Part shown: positions 1 to 9,881 of the stretch, in pieces
Position numbering within the stretch: position 1 is the stretch's first letter
How the letters are laid out: the number at the start of each line of letters is the position of its first letter
Virus record (IMG/VR): IMGVR_UViG_3300019876_000001
Span: 1-52,126 of that record
Direction: 5' to 3' (one strand)
Source: a virus
Taxonomy: Duplodnaviria > Caudoviricetes
DNA length: 52,126 nucleotides
Made by a program: the position numbers and the translations under genes
Notes under the pieces: model-generated
Databases searched by the model: none
Told to the model about the DNA's origin: nothing
Seen by the model: the letters and a program-made list of their open reading frames with translations, nothing else

Positions 1-103
1 CATAAGTTTGGACTTGGTAAATGGCCAATTGTGTGGTACATTTACACGTGATTGGGAAACGCCTGATCCTAAGCCTCCCAAGGCGCCCGTAGTCAAAAAG
101 TAG
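1..103 (+). CDS. 3' end of the 70-aa hypothetical protein seen complete at 45356-45568
   Basis: Identical sequence ending ...PPKAPVVKK-TAG. Confidence 0.8.
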   Translation, partial: ISLDLVNGQLCGTFTRDWETPDPKPPKAPVVKK

Positions 104-127
104 CTGTGTGAGTCACACGGAGAACGA
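1..127. repeat. Exact 127-bp direct repeat of 45466-45592 (circular overlap / assembly branch k-mer)
   Basis: Base-by-base identity 1-127 = 45466-45592; first mismatch at 128 (T) vs 45593 (A). Confidence 0.95.
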
Positions 128-129
128 TC

Positions 130-1071
130 ATGTCTTGGCTTAGCGAAGCCTTTTCAGGCAATAGAGCTAAACAACAGGCAGCTACTGCCGAACAGCAACG
201 GTTGGCTAAAGAGGAGGCTGATCGTGTAGCTGCGCAGAAGCGTGAAGATGACCTGAAGGCTGAGAACGCTGCTAAGATGTTGGCGCTGCGCACTAACTCG
301 GAAGCAGCAGGACGCAACTCGGCCAATCAGTTCTTCACAAATCAGGGCCTTGATCCTGCACAATTCCAAGGTGATCTAGACTCTAAGATACAAGAAATCT
401 TAGGCACAACGTCGCAGGATGATCCTAATGTCGGACAATACTTCAAGGACATCGGTCAAAGCATCTTCAATTCTAAGCAGGACGCGTTTCGGTCTAATGC
501 GGGGCGTAGCCTCAACTCCGTCTTCACTCCTGATTATGAGCACACGCGCATCGGCGATACAACGGACGACTCCGTACTCTCAGACGTCTTCAACGAGCAG
601 CGTGGAACAGCCGACAGTTACATTAACAACCTTTTCAAGAGAGGCGTGATCAATCAAACTGGAAAGGAAGGTGCTGAGCGCAACCTAGATACGCAAGGTG
701 CACGAGTCCATGCAACGCTTAATGACATTGGCAGTGATGTACTTGCAACCGGGCGACAAGGATTGACCGATATCCAAAATCGTGCACGGTCAACTGCGCA
801 GACATTACCATTTGGTTCTACGTTCGATGTAGGCAACTACGCCAATCAAGCCAACCGCTCGTTTGATGACTTCATGGGTAGTTTGGGCAACTCAATTCGT
901 TCGCGTGTAACAAGTCCGTTGTTTGATACAAGTAGTCTTGCTTCTATTGCTGGCGGTGCTCAAGGAGCCCAGAACTTGAAATTCGATCCGAAAGCCTTGG
1001 CCGGTGCGATAGGCTCCGGTGACGATGACGAACAGAAGCAACAAGATGCTGTGAACCGTATCAGCTTCTAA
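130..1071 (+). CDS. Putative internal virion/ejection protein, allele A
   Basis: GGAG RBS; Ala/Gln/Asn-rich helical 313 aa; follows tail fibre genes as podoviral ejection genes do; homologous to 45595-46539. Confidence 0.6.
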   Translation: MSWLSEAFSGNRAKQQAATAEQQRLAKEEADRVAAQKREDDLKAENAAKMLALRTNSEAAGRNSANQFFTNQGLDPAQFQGDLDSKIQEILGTTSQDDPNVGQYFKDIGQSIFNSKQDAFRSNAGRSLNSVFTPDYEHTRIGDTTDDSVLSDVFNEQRGTADSYINNLFKRGVINQTGKEGAERNLDTQGARVHATLNDIGSDVLATGRQGLTDIQNRARSTAQTLPFGSTFDVGNYANQANRSFDDFMGSLGNSIRSRVTSPLFDTSSLASIAGGAQGAQNLKFDPKALAGAIGSGDDDEQKQQDAVNRISF

Positions 1072-1088
1072 CCGTGTGAGTCACACAG

Positions 1089-2042
1089 ATGCCTATTGAT
1101 CCGATCACTGCTACACTGACCGCTGGCACTGTTGTAGGCAATGTCCTTAATAGTGCTCAGGCTCGTCGTGATGCGCAGGCCAACCTTGAATTCCAGAAGT
1201 GGCTTGCCAACGAAGAACTTAGAATGGGACAGGCATCTCGACAAGATGCCATGGGAAATACGGTTCGCTATGACAAAGCGCTCAACAAGTGGGTTACGGA
1301 CCTTACTCCTTTCCAAAACCAGTTATCAAAAGCTGGAGAGCATGAGCAGTACCTTAGTCTGGTTAACGATGCTGCTCAAAATCGTCAGGTACGAGAACGT
1401 GCTTTTCAACGGGGGTCCGATGCTGGCGAGGACTATAATCGAGAACTCGCAGGCTATCGAAACAATCAAGGCCCTGGGGAAGACGCCATTCGAAGCCAAC
1501 TCACTGATCTTATCCTGCGATCCCGACAAGGACAGAATAACGGTGGAGGCAACCCCAATAACTTTATTCGACAACGAGGCAATCTTCCCGTGGTGTCATC
1601 GAGTCGATCGCCATCCTCGGGAGTATCAGATGTGGCCAGCGCGATGCTAGAGGCTCGTCAGGGTGCGTTAGGTGAACGTGGTCAGCGCGATCAGCAACAT
1701 GCCAGCCGTTACCTACCCGCGATGCAACACTTCGCAGCCACTATGGACGCCGGTGGCGGAGCACCTATCAAATTCCCAGACTTCGGCTACTTGAACCAGA
1801 ACCAAGCCAGTATGTCTGATGATGCCTTGAAGGCAATGGCGGAGGCTCAAAAGGGTGTGCAAGGAGCGTATACAGGTCTTGGTAATGCATCCAAGCTCGG
1901 TCAGATCAACCCTGCGCAGATAGCAGCAGCATTGAGAGGATATACGGGATCAACAGCTAAGGCGGGTAGTGGTGTGTCGCCAATAGCTTCGAGCACCTCA
2001 GTAGACAATCGAAGCATCGATGATATCATGTACGACTTCTAG
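1089..2042 (+). CDS. Putative DNA-pilot/ejection protein, allele A
   Basis: Hydrophobic Gly/Ala N-terminus (MPIDPITATLTAGTVVG) followed by Gln-rich coiled coil; homologous to 46784-47725. Confidence 0.6.
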   Translation: MPIDPITATLTAGTVVGNVLNSAQARRDAQANLEFQKWLANEELRMGQASRQDAMGNTVRYDKALNKWVTDLTPFQNQLSKAGEHEQYLSLVNDAAQNRQVRERAFQRGSDAGEDYNRELAGYRNNQGPGEDAIRSQLTDLILRSRQGQNNGGGNPNNFIRQRGNLPVVSSSRSPSSGVSDVASAMLEARQGALGERGQRDQQHASRYLPAMQHFAATMDAGGGAPIKFPDFGYLNQNQASMSDDALKAMAEAQKGVQGAYTGLGNASKLGQINPAQIAAALRGYTGSTAKAGSGVSPIASSTSVDNRSIDDIMYDF

Positions 2043-2057
2043 CGTGTGAGTCACACA

Positions 2058-2255
2058 ATGGTCGATGAACCAATCGATAATGCATTACTTAGATCCGAGT
2101 ACGAAGTGCTCAAGAAGCGTGGTGTGTCTGATACAGACCCACGCATCGCTGCTATTAAACGCATTTCTAAGAAGCAAAAAGCGCCGCTGCCCAAAGAGGG
2201 CGTAGACTTTCCAATGCAACTCAAATTCAAACCTCCACGGAAACAAAATGGCTGA
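2058..2255 (+). CDS. Small basic hypothetical protein, allele A
   Basis: ATG just after the palindrome; conserved with 47742-47945 (LKKRG..DTDPRI.AI, PKEG.DFP.Q.KFKP). Confidence 0.7.
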   Translation: MVDEPIDNALLRSEYEVLKKRGVSDTDPRIAAIKRISKKQKAPLPKEGVDFPMQLKFKPPRKQNG

Positions 2256-3147
2256 GCGAGTCAACAGTAACGCGCTTGAGTCAGTTCGCCGGGCAATGCT
2301 TGCTGGGCGCCAAAGTGACAGCTTCAGTATGGATCACAATCCAGACTGGAAATATAACAAGATGTATGGGCATTATTTTGATCAAGTTCAACCTGACGAC
2401 GATGGCTTCCTAATGTTGCACGAGCCACAACGTCGATACAATTTTGAGAACACGGATAACTATGCACAGAATGGTCCTTTTACCGGGCAACGTACGGCAC
2501 CTGACCTTCCATCCGCCCGTGACGTGATCATCATGGAACGCAGTCAGGACCCTGGCGTCAAGAAGATGTTCGAGGAGATGTTCGGTACTGAGGCCTTGGA
2601 TCGCGACAATCGTAATCGCTATGGCATTCGCAATCCTGACTACGTTCCAACACCTCGCCCGAGGCCGAACGCGGCGCCATTGGGACCATCAACGGATGAG
2701 TATTCAGGCGATCGATCCGGTATGCTCCCTGAGACTTTCAAGACGGAGGGACAGCCTAATCCAGAGGAAGTGTATAGCTACATGCCAGGATTGCGCGAAC
2801 GCGTTTCTGAGCATTTGCGTGGTCCAGGCGTTTCGCGAGAACTCAAGAATGATCGCGAAGACGGCACTAGATTTGATCGTGCTATGGTTGATGTGGGTGG
2901 TGACGAGCGTACAAATATCCAGGACTATCGTCTCAAAGCTATTGAGAATATGATGCAAAGGGGCGGTGGACAAACGCAGCCGGTGGGGTCGGCGCAACCA
3001 GAAGGAGAACAGATGTTGGGGCAGCCATTGCCTCCACCTATGGATGTACAAAGTCTAGACGATATGATCAATCGACACCTACGAGAACTTCGAGAACAAC
3101 AGCTTCAAGACGACCCCGATCTTGGAGCGTTCTCAAACAAGAGGTAA
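2248..3147 (+). CDS. Pro/Asp/Gln-rich disordered-family protein, allele A
   Basis: 299 aa; motifs HNPDW, APDLPSARD, YVPTPRPR, EEVY.YMPGLR, NIQDYR..AIENM shared with 47932-48729. Confidence 0.75.
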   Translation: MAERVNSNALESVRRAMLAGRQSDSFSMDHNPDWKYNKMYGHYFDQVQPDDDGFLMLHEPQRRYNFENTDNYAQNGPFTGQRTAPDLPSARDVIIMERSQDPGVKKMFEEMFGTEALDRDNRNRYGIRNPDYVPTPRPRPNAAPLGPSTDEYSGDRSGMLPETFKTEGQPNPEEVYSYMPGLRERVSEHLRGPGVSRELKNDREDGTRFDRAMVDVGGDERTNIQDYRLKAIENMMQRGGGQTQPVGSAQPEGEQMLGQPLPPPMDVQSLDDMINRHLRELREQQLQDDPDLGAFSNKR

Positions 3148-3153
3148 CTAAAA

Positions 3154-3366
3154 GTGTTCGACAACGCACACATAGACTTCAATTCTCTCATCTTGCTTCT
3201 GGTCGCGGTCGCTACTGCAATTAACACTTACTACTCGCGTAAGACAGAAAAGAACACTAACTCAATGAAAGACGCTCTAGTGGCTTCAGCAGACGTAGAG
3301 GGTCATGCTAGAGGGCTTAAAGAAGGAAGAGACGAACGTAAAATAGAAGGAGGTAGAGATGCCTAA
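3154..3366 (+). CDS. Small single-TM protein (holin-like)
   Basis: Hydrophobic N-terminal helix then EKNTNS motif shared with 48763-48966. Confidence 0.65.
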   Translation: MFDNAHIDFNSLILLLVAVATAINTYYSRKTEKNTNSMKDALVASADVEGHARGLKEGRDERKIEGGRDA

Positions 3367-3526
3367 AGGTATTCTGTTTTGGGTACTGTGGGTAATCTGG
3401 GTGTTCTTTGGCTTTAGTTGGCACCGTGGATGGGTGGGCAACTATGGTCCATTGGGCTTTAGTCTCATCGTTGCTGCCTTGTTCTTCTTACTCGGATGGC
3501 AGAACTTTGGGTTCGTAGTCCATTAG
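3359..3526 (+). CDS. 55-aa Trp/Phe-rich two-TM membrane protein (absent from ORF track)
   Basis: AGGAGG RBS; MPKGILFWVLWVIWVFFGFSW...LIVAALFFLLGWQNFGFVVH; stop just before the palindrome at 3529. Confidence 0.7.
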   Translation: MPKGILFWVLWVIWVFFGFSWHRGWVGNYGPLGFSLIVAALFFLLGWQNFGFVVH

Positions 3527-3552
3527 CTGTGTGAGTCACACAGGAGGTTGAC

Positions 3553-3789
3553 ATGAGTTGGCTATCGGAATTCATCAATCGCTTGCTGCCTCCAAAAAGG
3601 ACCTCCAATCCCTCTACCGACGAGGATCTGGATACTGACAACAGCGTGGTCGATCTGTTGAAGTCTCGTGGTCGTGACAGTAGCTTCGAGGCACGGCGTA
3701 AGTTGGCCAGTGACTACGGTCGCCCAAACTACAGTGGCTCGGCAGAAGACAATCAATGGCTTCACAGTGAGATCAAGCGTAGGACCTGA
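3553..3789 (+). CDS. DUF3597-like domain protein
   Basis: AGGAGG RBS; SVVDLLKSRGRDSSFEARRKLA...YSGSAEDNQWL matches the DUF3597 pattern as recalled. Confidence 0.7.
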   Translation: MSWLSEFINRLLPPKRTSNPSTDEDLDTDNSVVDLLKSRGRDSSFEARRKLASDYGRPNYSGSAEDNQWLHSEIKRRT

Positions 3790-4832
3790 TGGGCGTCAAA
3801 GAAGACATCGCCAGACTGCTGTTACGGCGCAGGCAAGAGGCTGGCGATGACGATTACGCACGTACAGGGCAACCTGGCCAACGCGGTGCCCCTGACCTAC
3901 CTTCTAAACGCGACTTGGATAGATTAGGCGCTTCGGAAGGTAGAGACTATATGGATTTCGCTGATCAGTTTGGGTACGAGGCACTAAATCCTGACGCAGG
4001 ACAACCTGGATACGTGCCACTGCCAAGGCCCAGACAGCCAGAACTTGACACGTATCATCCAGAAGGTTCCTCCACGAAGGATGTACCTAGTATTATTGAG
4101 CAAGGTGCTGACTTCCGTCCACAGGATATAGAGCGCATGCAGCCATCAGATGAAGATCTACTGGAGTTGGTTCAACGAGGATTGGCCCCTCCAAAGAAGC
4201 GCTCCGATGCTACGGATTACCTTAAGGAGTTACAACAACCAGATATACCACAGCGTTTAGAACCAATGCATGCTGGCGCGATATACGATGTTGAGCCACA
4301 GCCGTATGAGGAAGGTGAAGAGCCTGAGTATCCTGGGGTGACTCCCCAACCTCCACGCCCATCGACTAAGCGTGATCGGGATATTGAAGATGCTGGCCGC
4401 GTTAGCGATAATCGTAAAGCCGATCCTTATGAAGATCGCGGCATCTTCAACATCAAACTTGACGATGTTCGTGATGCGCTACGTTGGGGCAAAGGTGATG
4501 AGGTAGGCGATGATGCGCTCTATTCTCTTAACGAGTCTGACAATCCGTTCAAAGGTCAAGCTGATGCAGTTTATCAACGCATTAAAGGACTCAATCCCGA
4601 TATGGACGACTTTGAACTGATTAGACAGATACGTCGTAGGATTGGCGGGGCACCGGCACAAAAGCTGTATGATATGATCCGTGACGACGATACGTTCCGT
4701 GCGGCCAATCCTGGTCGTGGCGGTCTATTTGGGCTTGATAAGCCAACACGTGATCCACTCAGTGATGCATATCCACAACGAGGCGGTCGTCAACGTAGAT
4801 CTACATTCGACGAACGCTTCTCAGGAGAATGA
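3789..4832 (+). CDS. Pro/Asp-rich disordered-family protein
   Basis: 347 aa; C-terminal half highly similar to 48963-49637; N-terminal half shares motifs with 2248-3147 and 50939-51634. Confidence 0.8.
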   Translation: MGVKEDIARLLLRRRQEAGDDDYARTGQPGQRGAPDLPSKRDLDRLGASEGRDYMDFADQFGYEALNPDAGQPGYVPLPRPRQPELDTYHPEGSSTKDVPSIIEQGADFRPQDIERMQPSDEDLLELVQRGLAPPKKRSDATDYLKELQQPDIPQRLEPMHAGAIYDVEPQPYEEGEEPEYPGVTPQPPRPSTKRDRDIEDAGRVSDNRKADPYEDRGIFNIKLDDVRDALRWGKGDEVGDDALYSLNESDNPFKGQADAVYQRIKGLNPDMDDFELIRQIRRRIGGAPAQKLYDMIRDDDTFRAANPGRGGLFGLDKPTRDPLSDAYPQRGGRQRRSTFDERFSGE

Positions 4833-5329
4833 CGATGGTCTACGTCAAACCTCGTACTCCTCCACCTGAGCCTAATCAAGCCGACGTATGGCAGGACGCT
4901 GAGAATGATCCATATACCGACATCTACCAACGTCGTCAGTATGACAACCACATGCTACGGGAGTTCCCAGGACCATTCAGGACTGATCCTGGTTTCGAGG
5001 GGCCTCCCGATGATCTACCTGGATTAGCAGATGAAGGACCCGAGGCAGATGGTGAAGCAGGTTTGCAAGGTGTGAAGGATGCACTTTTAGCTAGTGCTCG
5101 ATCTAAGGCCCAGTTTCGCTTCCTACAAGGTCAACGTAACAGCGGCAGCCGCATGACCCCTGATCAAGCAGAGGAAATGTTGGCGCCTCCCGAAGACCCG
5201 TTATCTGGTCAACCCTTTCGCAAGTACTACCAATTCCTTCCTGAGCGTGCCGAGGATGGTCCTGACCCGTTCGAGGATTGGAATAGACAAATGCGTGAAA
5301 TCGCTCGCGCAAGACGTGGAGGTGCATGA
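4829..5329 (+). CDS. Pro/Asp-rich disordered-family protein
   Basis: N-half matches the start of 50223-50939; C-half (ASARSKAQFRFLQ...GPDPFE) matches 49640-49984. Confidence 0.8.
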   Translation: MTMVYVKPRTPPPEPNQADVWQDAENDPYTDIYQRRQYDNHMLREFPGPFRTDPGFEGPPDDLPGLADEGPEADGEAGLQGVKDALLASARSKAQFRFLQGQRNSGSRMTPDQAEEMLAPPEDPLSGQPFRKYYQFLPERAEDGPDPFEDWNRQMREIARARRGGA

Positions 5330-5877
5330 TGCCTATGGACCCAAGATACGCAATGATGGACCCTGGATACAACGACGACCCGCGAGCGCAGGCCATTGAT
5401 AAAATGTACAAGCGGCCTAACAGGAACATTCAAACGCAGAATGAATTTCCTCCTGTGGTTCGCGATCCTCAAATGATGTTTCCTGGAATGAAGGGTGAAG
5501 AGGACCTTGATACTTTTGAACGACAGAATAATCTCGACAATACGCGTGATCGGTTAAAGGCCCCTCCACGTCGCACGCTCGGCGACATGATGGGTATGCC
5601 ATATGGAGGACAAGGCACACCAGACGAAGTGGCGGAGGCGGATGCTACATCGAAGATGAGCGATGAAGAGTTGTTGGCACAGGTTCAAAGGCAGATGGCA
5701 CCTCCAGGAGCCAATACAAATATCGACGACGACGCAACAAACCAGGCCAATTGGCCTGACACCGCTGAAGAATTCACAAAGAAATTCGGCCGTGAACCTA
5801 CAACTGATGCTGAGGTAGAGTTCTACTACGGCGATACAGTGGAAGACGATCGCGCAATGGAACCTGAGCGCCGATAA
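5326..5877 (+). CDS. Pro/Asp/Met-rich disordered-family protein
   Basis: DPRAQAIDKM, PGMKGEEDL and MSDEELL motifs shared with 50223-50939 and 50939-51634. Confidence 0.75.
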   Translation: MMPMDPRYAMMDPGYNDDPRAQAIDKMYKRPNRNIQTQNEFPPVVRDPQMMFPGMKGEEDLDTFERQNNLDNTRDRLKAPPRRTLGDMMGMPYGGQGTPDEVAEADATSKMSDEELLAQVQRQMAPPGANTNIDDDATNQANWPDTAEEFTKKFGREPTTDAEVEFYYGDTVEDDRAMEPERR

Positions 5878-5892
5878 CTGTGTGAGTCACAC

Positions 5893-8800
5893 ATGCCGTT
5901 CAAGCTCAAGATCACTGGTCCCGGTGTCAACGACTTCGAGTGGGTCTGGGAGGAAGGACCTACCGAACTTCCTCCTGTTGACCTTCCTGAGTGGCCTGCT
6001 CCTCCTAGAGCAGATCTAGGCCCAGATGAAGTCGTTCCGCCTCCTGACATCACACGGGAAGCGCCTCCTCCTGTTCGCCAACGCATCACAATCACGCCAT
6101 CTCCGCGTGATCCAATCGATGCCGTACTTCCTCCTGCACGACAGTTAGAGCCTCCTGTCGATCCTGTTGAGGCAGCCATACCTACTTCGCCTTTTCCTGT
6201 TCCAGAAGTTCCACAGATGATGGAGCCTCAACAGGACCTTATTGATCAGTTAATGCCAGTGCAGCAGCCACCTCCTCCCGAACCAAGGAACCAACAACCT
6301 GTGCGTCAACTCTACCGTGGTGTGTTGGATGCGCCACAGAACCTATATGATCTAGCTGCGAATGTAATTGAGCCTATGCAGGTTCCTCCTCGTGGTGGTC
6401 AGTCTCTACGTGGTGGGCGTCCTCCATCATCCAAACCATTTCAACCTGCTGCTGACTATCTTCGCAAAGCAGGCTCAAGCGCTCGTCAGCAGATCCTTGA
6501 CCTTACTGGCGCTGAGGAAGTGCCTCCAGATATATTCTCTCGAACAGCTAAGACAGTAGGTGAGAGCATCGTTCCTGGTGGAAAACAAGCTGGTACGATG
6601 AGTGCGATTGTTGGTGGTACTAACGTTGCAGTTAATGAGGCTAGGCGCTTAGCTGCGAACCCTGCTTTTAGTTCAGGTGGCGCCCCTGATTGGATTAGTG
6701 GTGCTCTTGTTTCTCCGGCAGGTGCTGCAGAAGGGCAATTCGATCAACCACAAGGTGAGGTTGTTGTAGAAACTGTGAGTGGTCCTAAAGCCGTGAAGAG
6801 CACAGAGCTTATGGCTGTAGGCACTATTGCGTTGGCAACGATAGGGATGATCTATGGGCCGCGTGTTTATCAGCGTATTGTTGGCTCCGATATTCCTCGT
6901 ATGCGTCCAGTTCGTGAAGCAGCCCCTGGCACAGTGGCTATCAGCAGACCACGTGATCTTGCTCGTACTTATGATGATGCTAATGCCGGCGCGTTTAATA
7001 TTATGCGTCGCGCTGGCGTTGACCCTGTAGCTGCCCGTGAAGTGGAGAACACCTTTCGAATTCAGTCACGCGCAACTGCTAATGCAATGGCTGATAGTGC
7101 AATCAATGCTGGGCGCATGGAGACTCCTGCCTTTACGTTTCAATCAAGGACACCACTGGCTACAATTGCGCCACTAGAGTCGCAGCCTGTACGTGATTAT
7201 TTGCATGTGATGGACACAATCGATGAGATAAAACAACGAAGCTTAATGATGATGAACAGGCGAATTCCTGGAAACGCTGTAGTTCGTGGACTTGACATCG
7301 CTCAGGCAGGTAACGTCAAAAGAGCACTTGAGGCAACTAATCCTGAAGTCGTACAGATCGCTAAGGAATATTGGGACATCACACGCAACCTACGCAATTT
7401 CGAAGTTACGGGTGAATACGCAACTGTGACTCCATCCCTAAACGCTCACTACAAACGTAGTTGGCCGCACGAAGTCCCAATGCATCCTCGTGACCCACAG
7501 CAATCGCATCTCAATGCTCCTGAGCGTGGTAGTGCTACGGAGGCACTTGCAAAGGATATGCGTGAGAGGCTCCGCGCACGTATGGAGAATGAAGCGAAAG
7601 GCAAATACGTTGATGAAGTTCGTAGGGTCATGCCTAATATGTTCGTTCCTGTGACTACAGAACAATTAAAAGACAACAAAAGTTGGGCCAAGAACGTCGT
7701 CGAGTTCAAGCGTCGTGGTGTGACTGAGCGCTACACAACTGATCCGTTGCTCGCTGATATCCTCCGTATGGACCCATACTACATGACCAGTATGGCCGGT
7801 AACTTGTTCTACTCAGCTAAGCGTGCTATCGAAGTTACAACGACAGGTGAATTAGCTCCTTGGTTTGCAGCAACAAGCCTCTATAGAAACTGGGGCATTG
7901 GTAAGATAACGACCGAGCAGGGAATGCAAAGTCCTACCTTTGTAGGATCGCACATGGCAATCCCTCGACAGTTAGGGCCGCAAATGGCCAATTACATCAG
8001 TAAAACACTAGACAATAACAGTGGAGGGTGGCTCACCAATGTCTTTGGCCAAGGTAACATCGATGCTCTCAGCCAGCGACTTGCGCATGCATATCAAAAC
8101 AGCCTATACCACAGATTGGAGACGGTGGGAGGTGGACGTGGATCAATACTTCAACAACAAACAAGTGCTAACAACCGCCTAGCTAATGCAATTCGTGATA
8201 CTACTGGGCCAGCGAAACAGTTCCTTGAAGGGTATAGATCGCTGCTCAATTCCGTGCACAACGCCGCCGCCTTCGACTACGCACGTCGTAACCAAGGACG
8301 TGTCTCGCTCCCAGAATTAGGCAGTCGCGCACGCAATATGACAGGTGATCCTCGCATTGGCGGCGAGTACTTCACAAAGCTTCCTGGAGCTACAAGGCAG
8401 AGCGCTATTCGCTTTGAAGACGATACGAGTCGTGTGAGTCACACACTTGGCCTCGTCAATAAATATCTATATGGTCCTGAAACTGAGTTCGGTCGAACTG
8501 CTATACCTTGGTACAACGCAACCATACAAGGCGTGAAACGTATAGGGTCGGCATATGCAGAGAACCCTGCCAAGTTTACAGCGCGTACATGGCTCTACTA
8601 TGTAGCTCCCACGGCGTCTCTTTACATGGCGTCACAAGCACTTGGAACTGATCCAAACGGTGTGTCGTATACAGATTATGCGATGAACCGGCGGTCGGAA
8701 TACAACAAGATCATGAATTGGTACGTCCCTATTCCTGGTAGACCAGCAGAGGAAGGCATCGAGTTCCCACGCTTCCATGAATTGACTGCTGCTGCTTATA

Positions 8801-9873
8801 TGACACAAGTGGCTATGGATCACTTGACGGGCAATGCCTTCTTCACAGAGAAAGAAGATTTAGCGCGTGGCGCTCTTGGCATCGCAGATGTGTTGTGGTT
8901 CCCAACGTCAGGACTGGGTAGTTTCTACACTGCTACAACTGGGAACGTTTCATCTGGTGGTATCTTCACAGGAGAGACATACAAGAAGACTGCCGATCCG
9001 TTCGATCAGTTAGGTGGCTTGCCCCCTACAGTTGAACTCTACGCACGTGCCATGACACCTGGATTGGCTGACGTTTTGGGCACAGGATACGCTGCTTTCA
9101 CTCAAACACCAGAAGGATATACAGATGCCCTTTGGAATGGAATGCGTGCTACAGGGCGTCGTATAACAGAAAAGACACCTGTCGTCCGTGACATTATCGG
9201 TTTGAAGCCTCCAATGACAGGTAATAACGCAATCACTGAGGAACTGTTCAAGAAGCAAAAGGAACTCAGTCAACTCGATCGCTTCTACAAACAGATGACA
9301 GTTAACGAAGGCTTGTTACGTCCGAAGCCTCCATCTGTAAGTGGTGCTGCGGCAGCAACAGAGAAGTTAGGCCCACGGCCACCGTCAGAACCTGCAGGTA
9401 TCGAACAACGACAACCGACTAACCCTCTGTATACAATGTTTATGGAGGAACTACACAACAAACTGATTAAAGACGCCACCCTGACCAGGAAGGGTGAGCC
9501 AACAGGAGCCATTGGCTTCCAATCCCTATGGGATAGGTACCGTTTGGCAACTGATCACCTTAAAGGCATTCGTAAAGTCAACGAAGGTAACAATGTTACT
9601 TGGAAGGAACAAATGGAAGATAAACCAGACCAACTCGCCTTCCTTAAGAAGAATAACATCGATCCAGATAACATTCGTGCCGTACGCAATTTCTACGAAA
9701 GGACTAGACAGAATGCAGCACGTGTGATCTTGACGCAAATCAGGGCTGTTGAGGCTGAATTCTCTCAGAGACTGGGTAGGCCCATGACGTTGAAGGACCT
9801 TGATCCATATGGGGTGGGTCTGAAGGGCGAAGCTTCAGACCCAACTGTGCCTCAGGTAGACTTACCGCAATAG
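5893..9873 (+). CDS. Large internal virion/ejection protein with LPD38-like C-terminal region
   Basis: 1326 aa; Pro-rich N-terminus; AIPWYNATIQG...ENPAK...NWYVP...IEFPRFHEL resembles the LPD38 pattern; last gene of the ejection cluster. Confidence 0.65.
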   Translation: MPFKLKITGPGVNDFEWVWEEGPTELPPVDLPEWPAPPRADLGPDEVVPPPDITREAPPPVRQRITITPSPRDPIDAVLPPARQLEPPVDPVEAAIPTSPFPVPEVPQMMEPQQDLIDQLMPVQQPPPPEPRNQQPVRQLYRGVLDAPQNLYDLAANVIEPMQVPPRGGQSLRGGRPPSSKPFQPAADYLRKAGSSARQQILDLTGAEEVPPDIFSRTAKTVGESIVPGGKQAGTMSAIVGGTNVAVNEARRLAANPAFSSGGAPDWISGALVSPAGAAEGQFDQPQGEVVVETVSGPKAVKSTELMAVGTIALATIGMIYGPRVYQRIVGSDIPRMRPVREAAPGTVAISRPRDLARTYDDANAGAFNIMRRAGVDPVAAREVENTFRIQSRATANAMADSAINAGRMETPAFTFQSRTPLATIAPLESQPVRDYLHVMDTIDEIKQRSLMMMNRRIPGNAVVRGLDIAQAGNVKRALEATNPEVVQIAKEYWDITRNLRNFEVTGEYATVTPSLNAHYKRSWPHEVPMHPRDPQQSHLNAPERGSATEALAKDMRERLRARMENEAKGKYVDEVRRVMPNMFVPVTTEQLKDNKSWAKNVVEFKRRGVTERYTTDPLLADILRMDPYYMTSMAGNLFYSAKRAIEVTTTGELAPWFAATSLYRNWGIGKITTEQGMQSPTFVGSHMAIPRQLGPQMANYISKTLDNNSGGWLTNVFGQGNIDALSQRLAHAYQNSLYHRLETVGGGRGSILQQQTSANNRLANAIRDTTGPAKQFLEGYRSLLNSVHNAAAFDYARRNQGRVSLPELGSRARNMTGDPRIGGEYFTKLPGATRQSAIRFEDDTSRVSHTLGLVNKYLYGPETEFGRTAIPWYNATIQGVKRIGSAYAENPAKFTARTWLYYVAPTASLYMASQALGTDPNGVSYTDYAMNRRSEYNKIMNWYVPIPGRPAEEGIEFPRFHELTAAAYMTQVAMDHLTGNAFFTEKEDLARGALGIADVLWFPTSGLGSFYTATTGNVSSGGIFTGETYKKTADPFDQLGGLPPTVELYARAMTPGLADVLGTGYAAFTQTPEGYTDALWNGMRATGRRITEKTPVVRDIIGLKPPMTGNNAITEELFKKQKELSQLDRFYKQMTVNEGLLRPKPPSVSGAAAATEKLGPRPPSEPAGIEQRQPTNPLYTMFMEELHNKLIKDATLTRKGEPTGAIGFQSLWDRYRLATDHLKGIRKVNEGNNVTWKEQMEDKPDQLAFLKKNNIDPDNIRAVRNFYERTRQNAARVILTQIRAVEAEFSQRLGRPMTLKDLDPYGVGLKGEASDPTVPQVDLPQ

Positions 9874-9881
9874 TGTGTGAC

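Noticed and set aside
1-127. Biological direct terminal repeat
   Set aside because: It starts mid-gene, is exactly 127 bp, and its second copy is internal to the window; this fits an assembler k-mer overlap better
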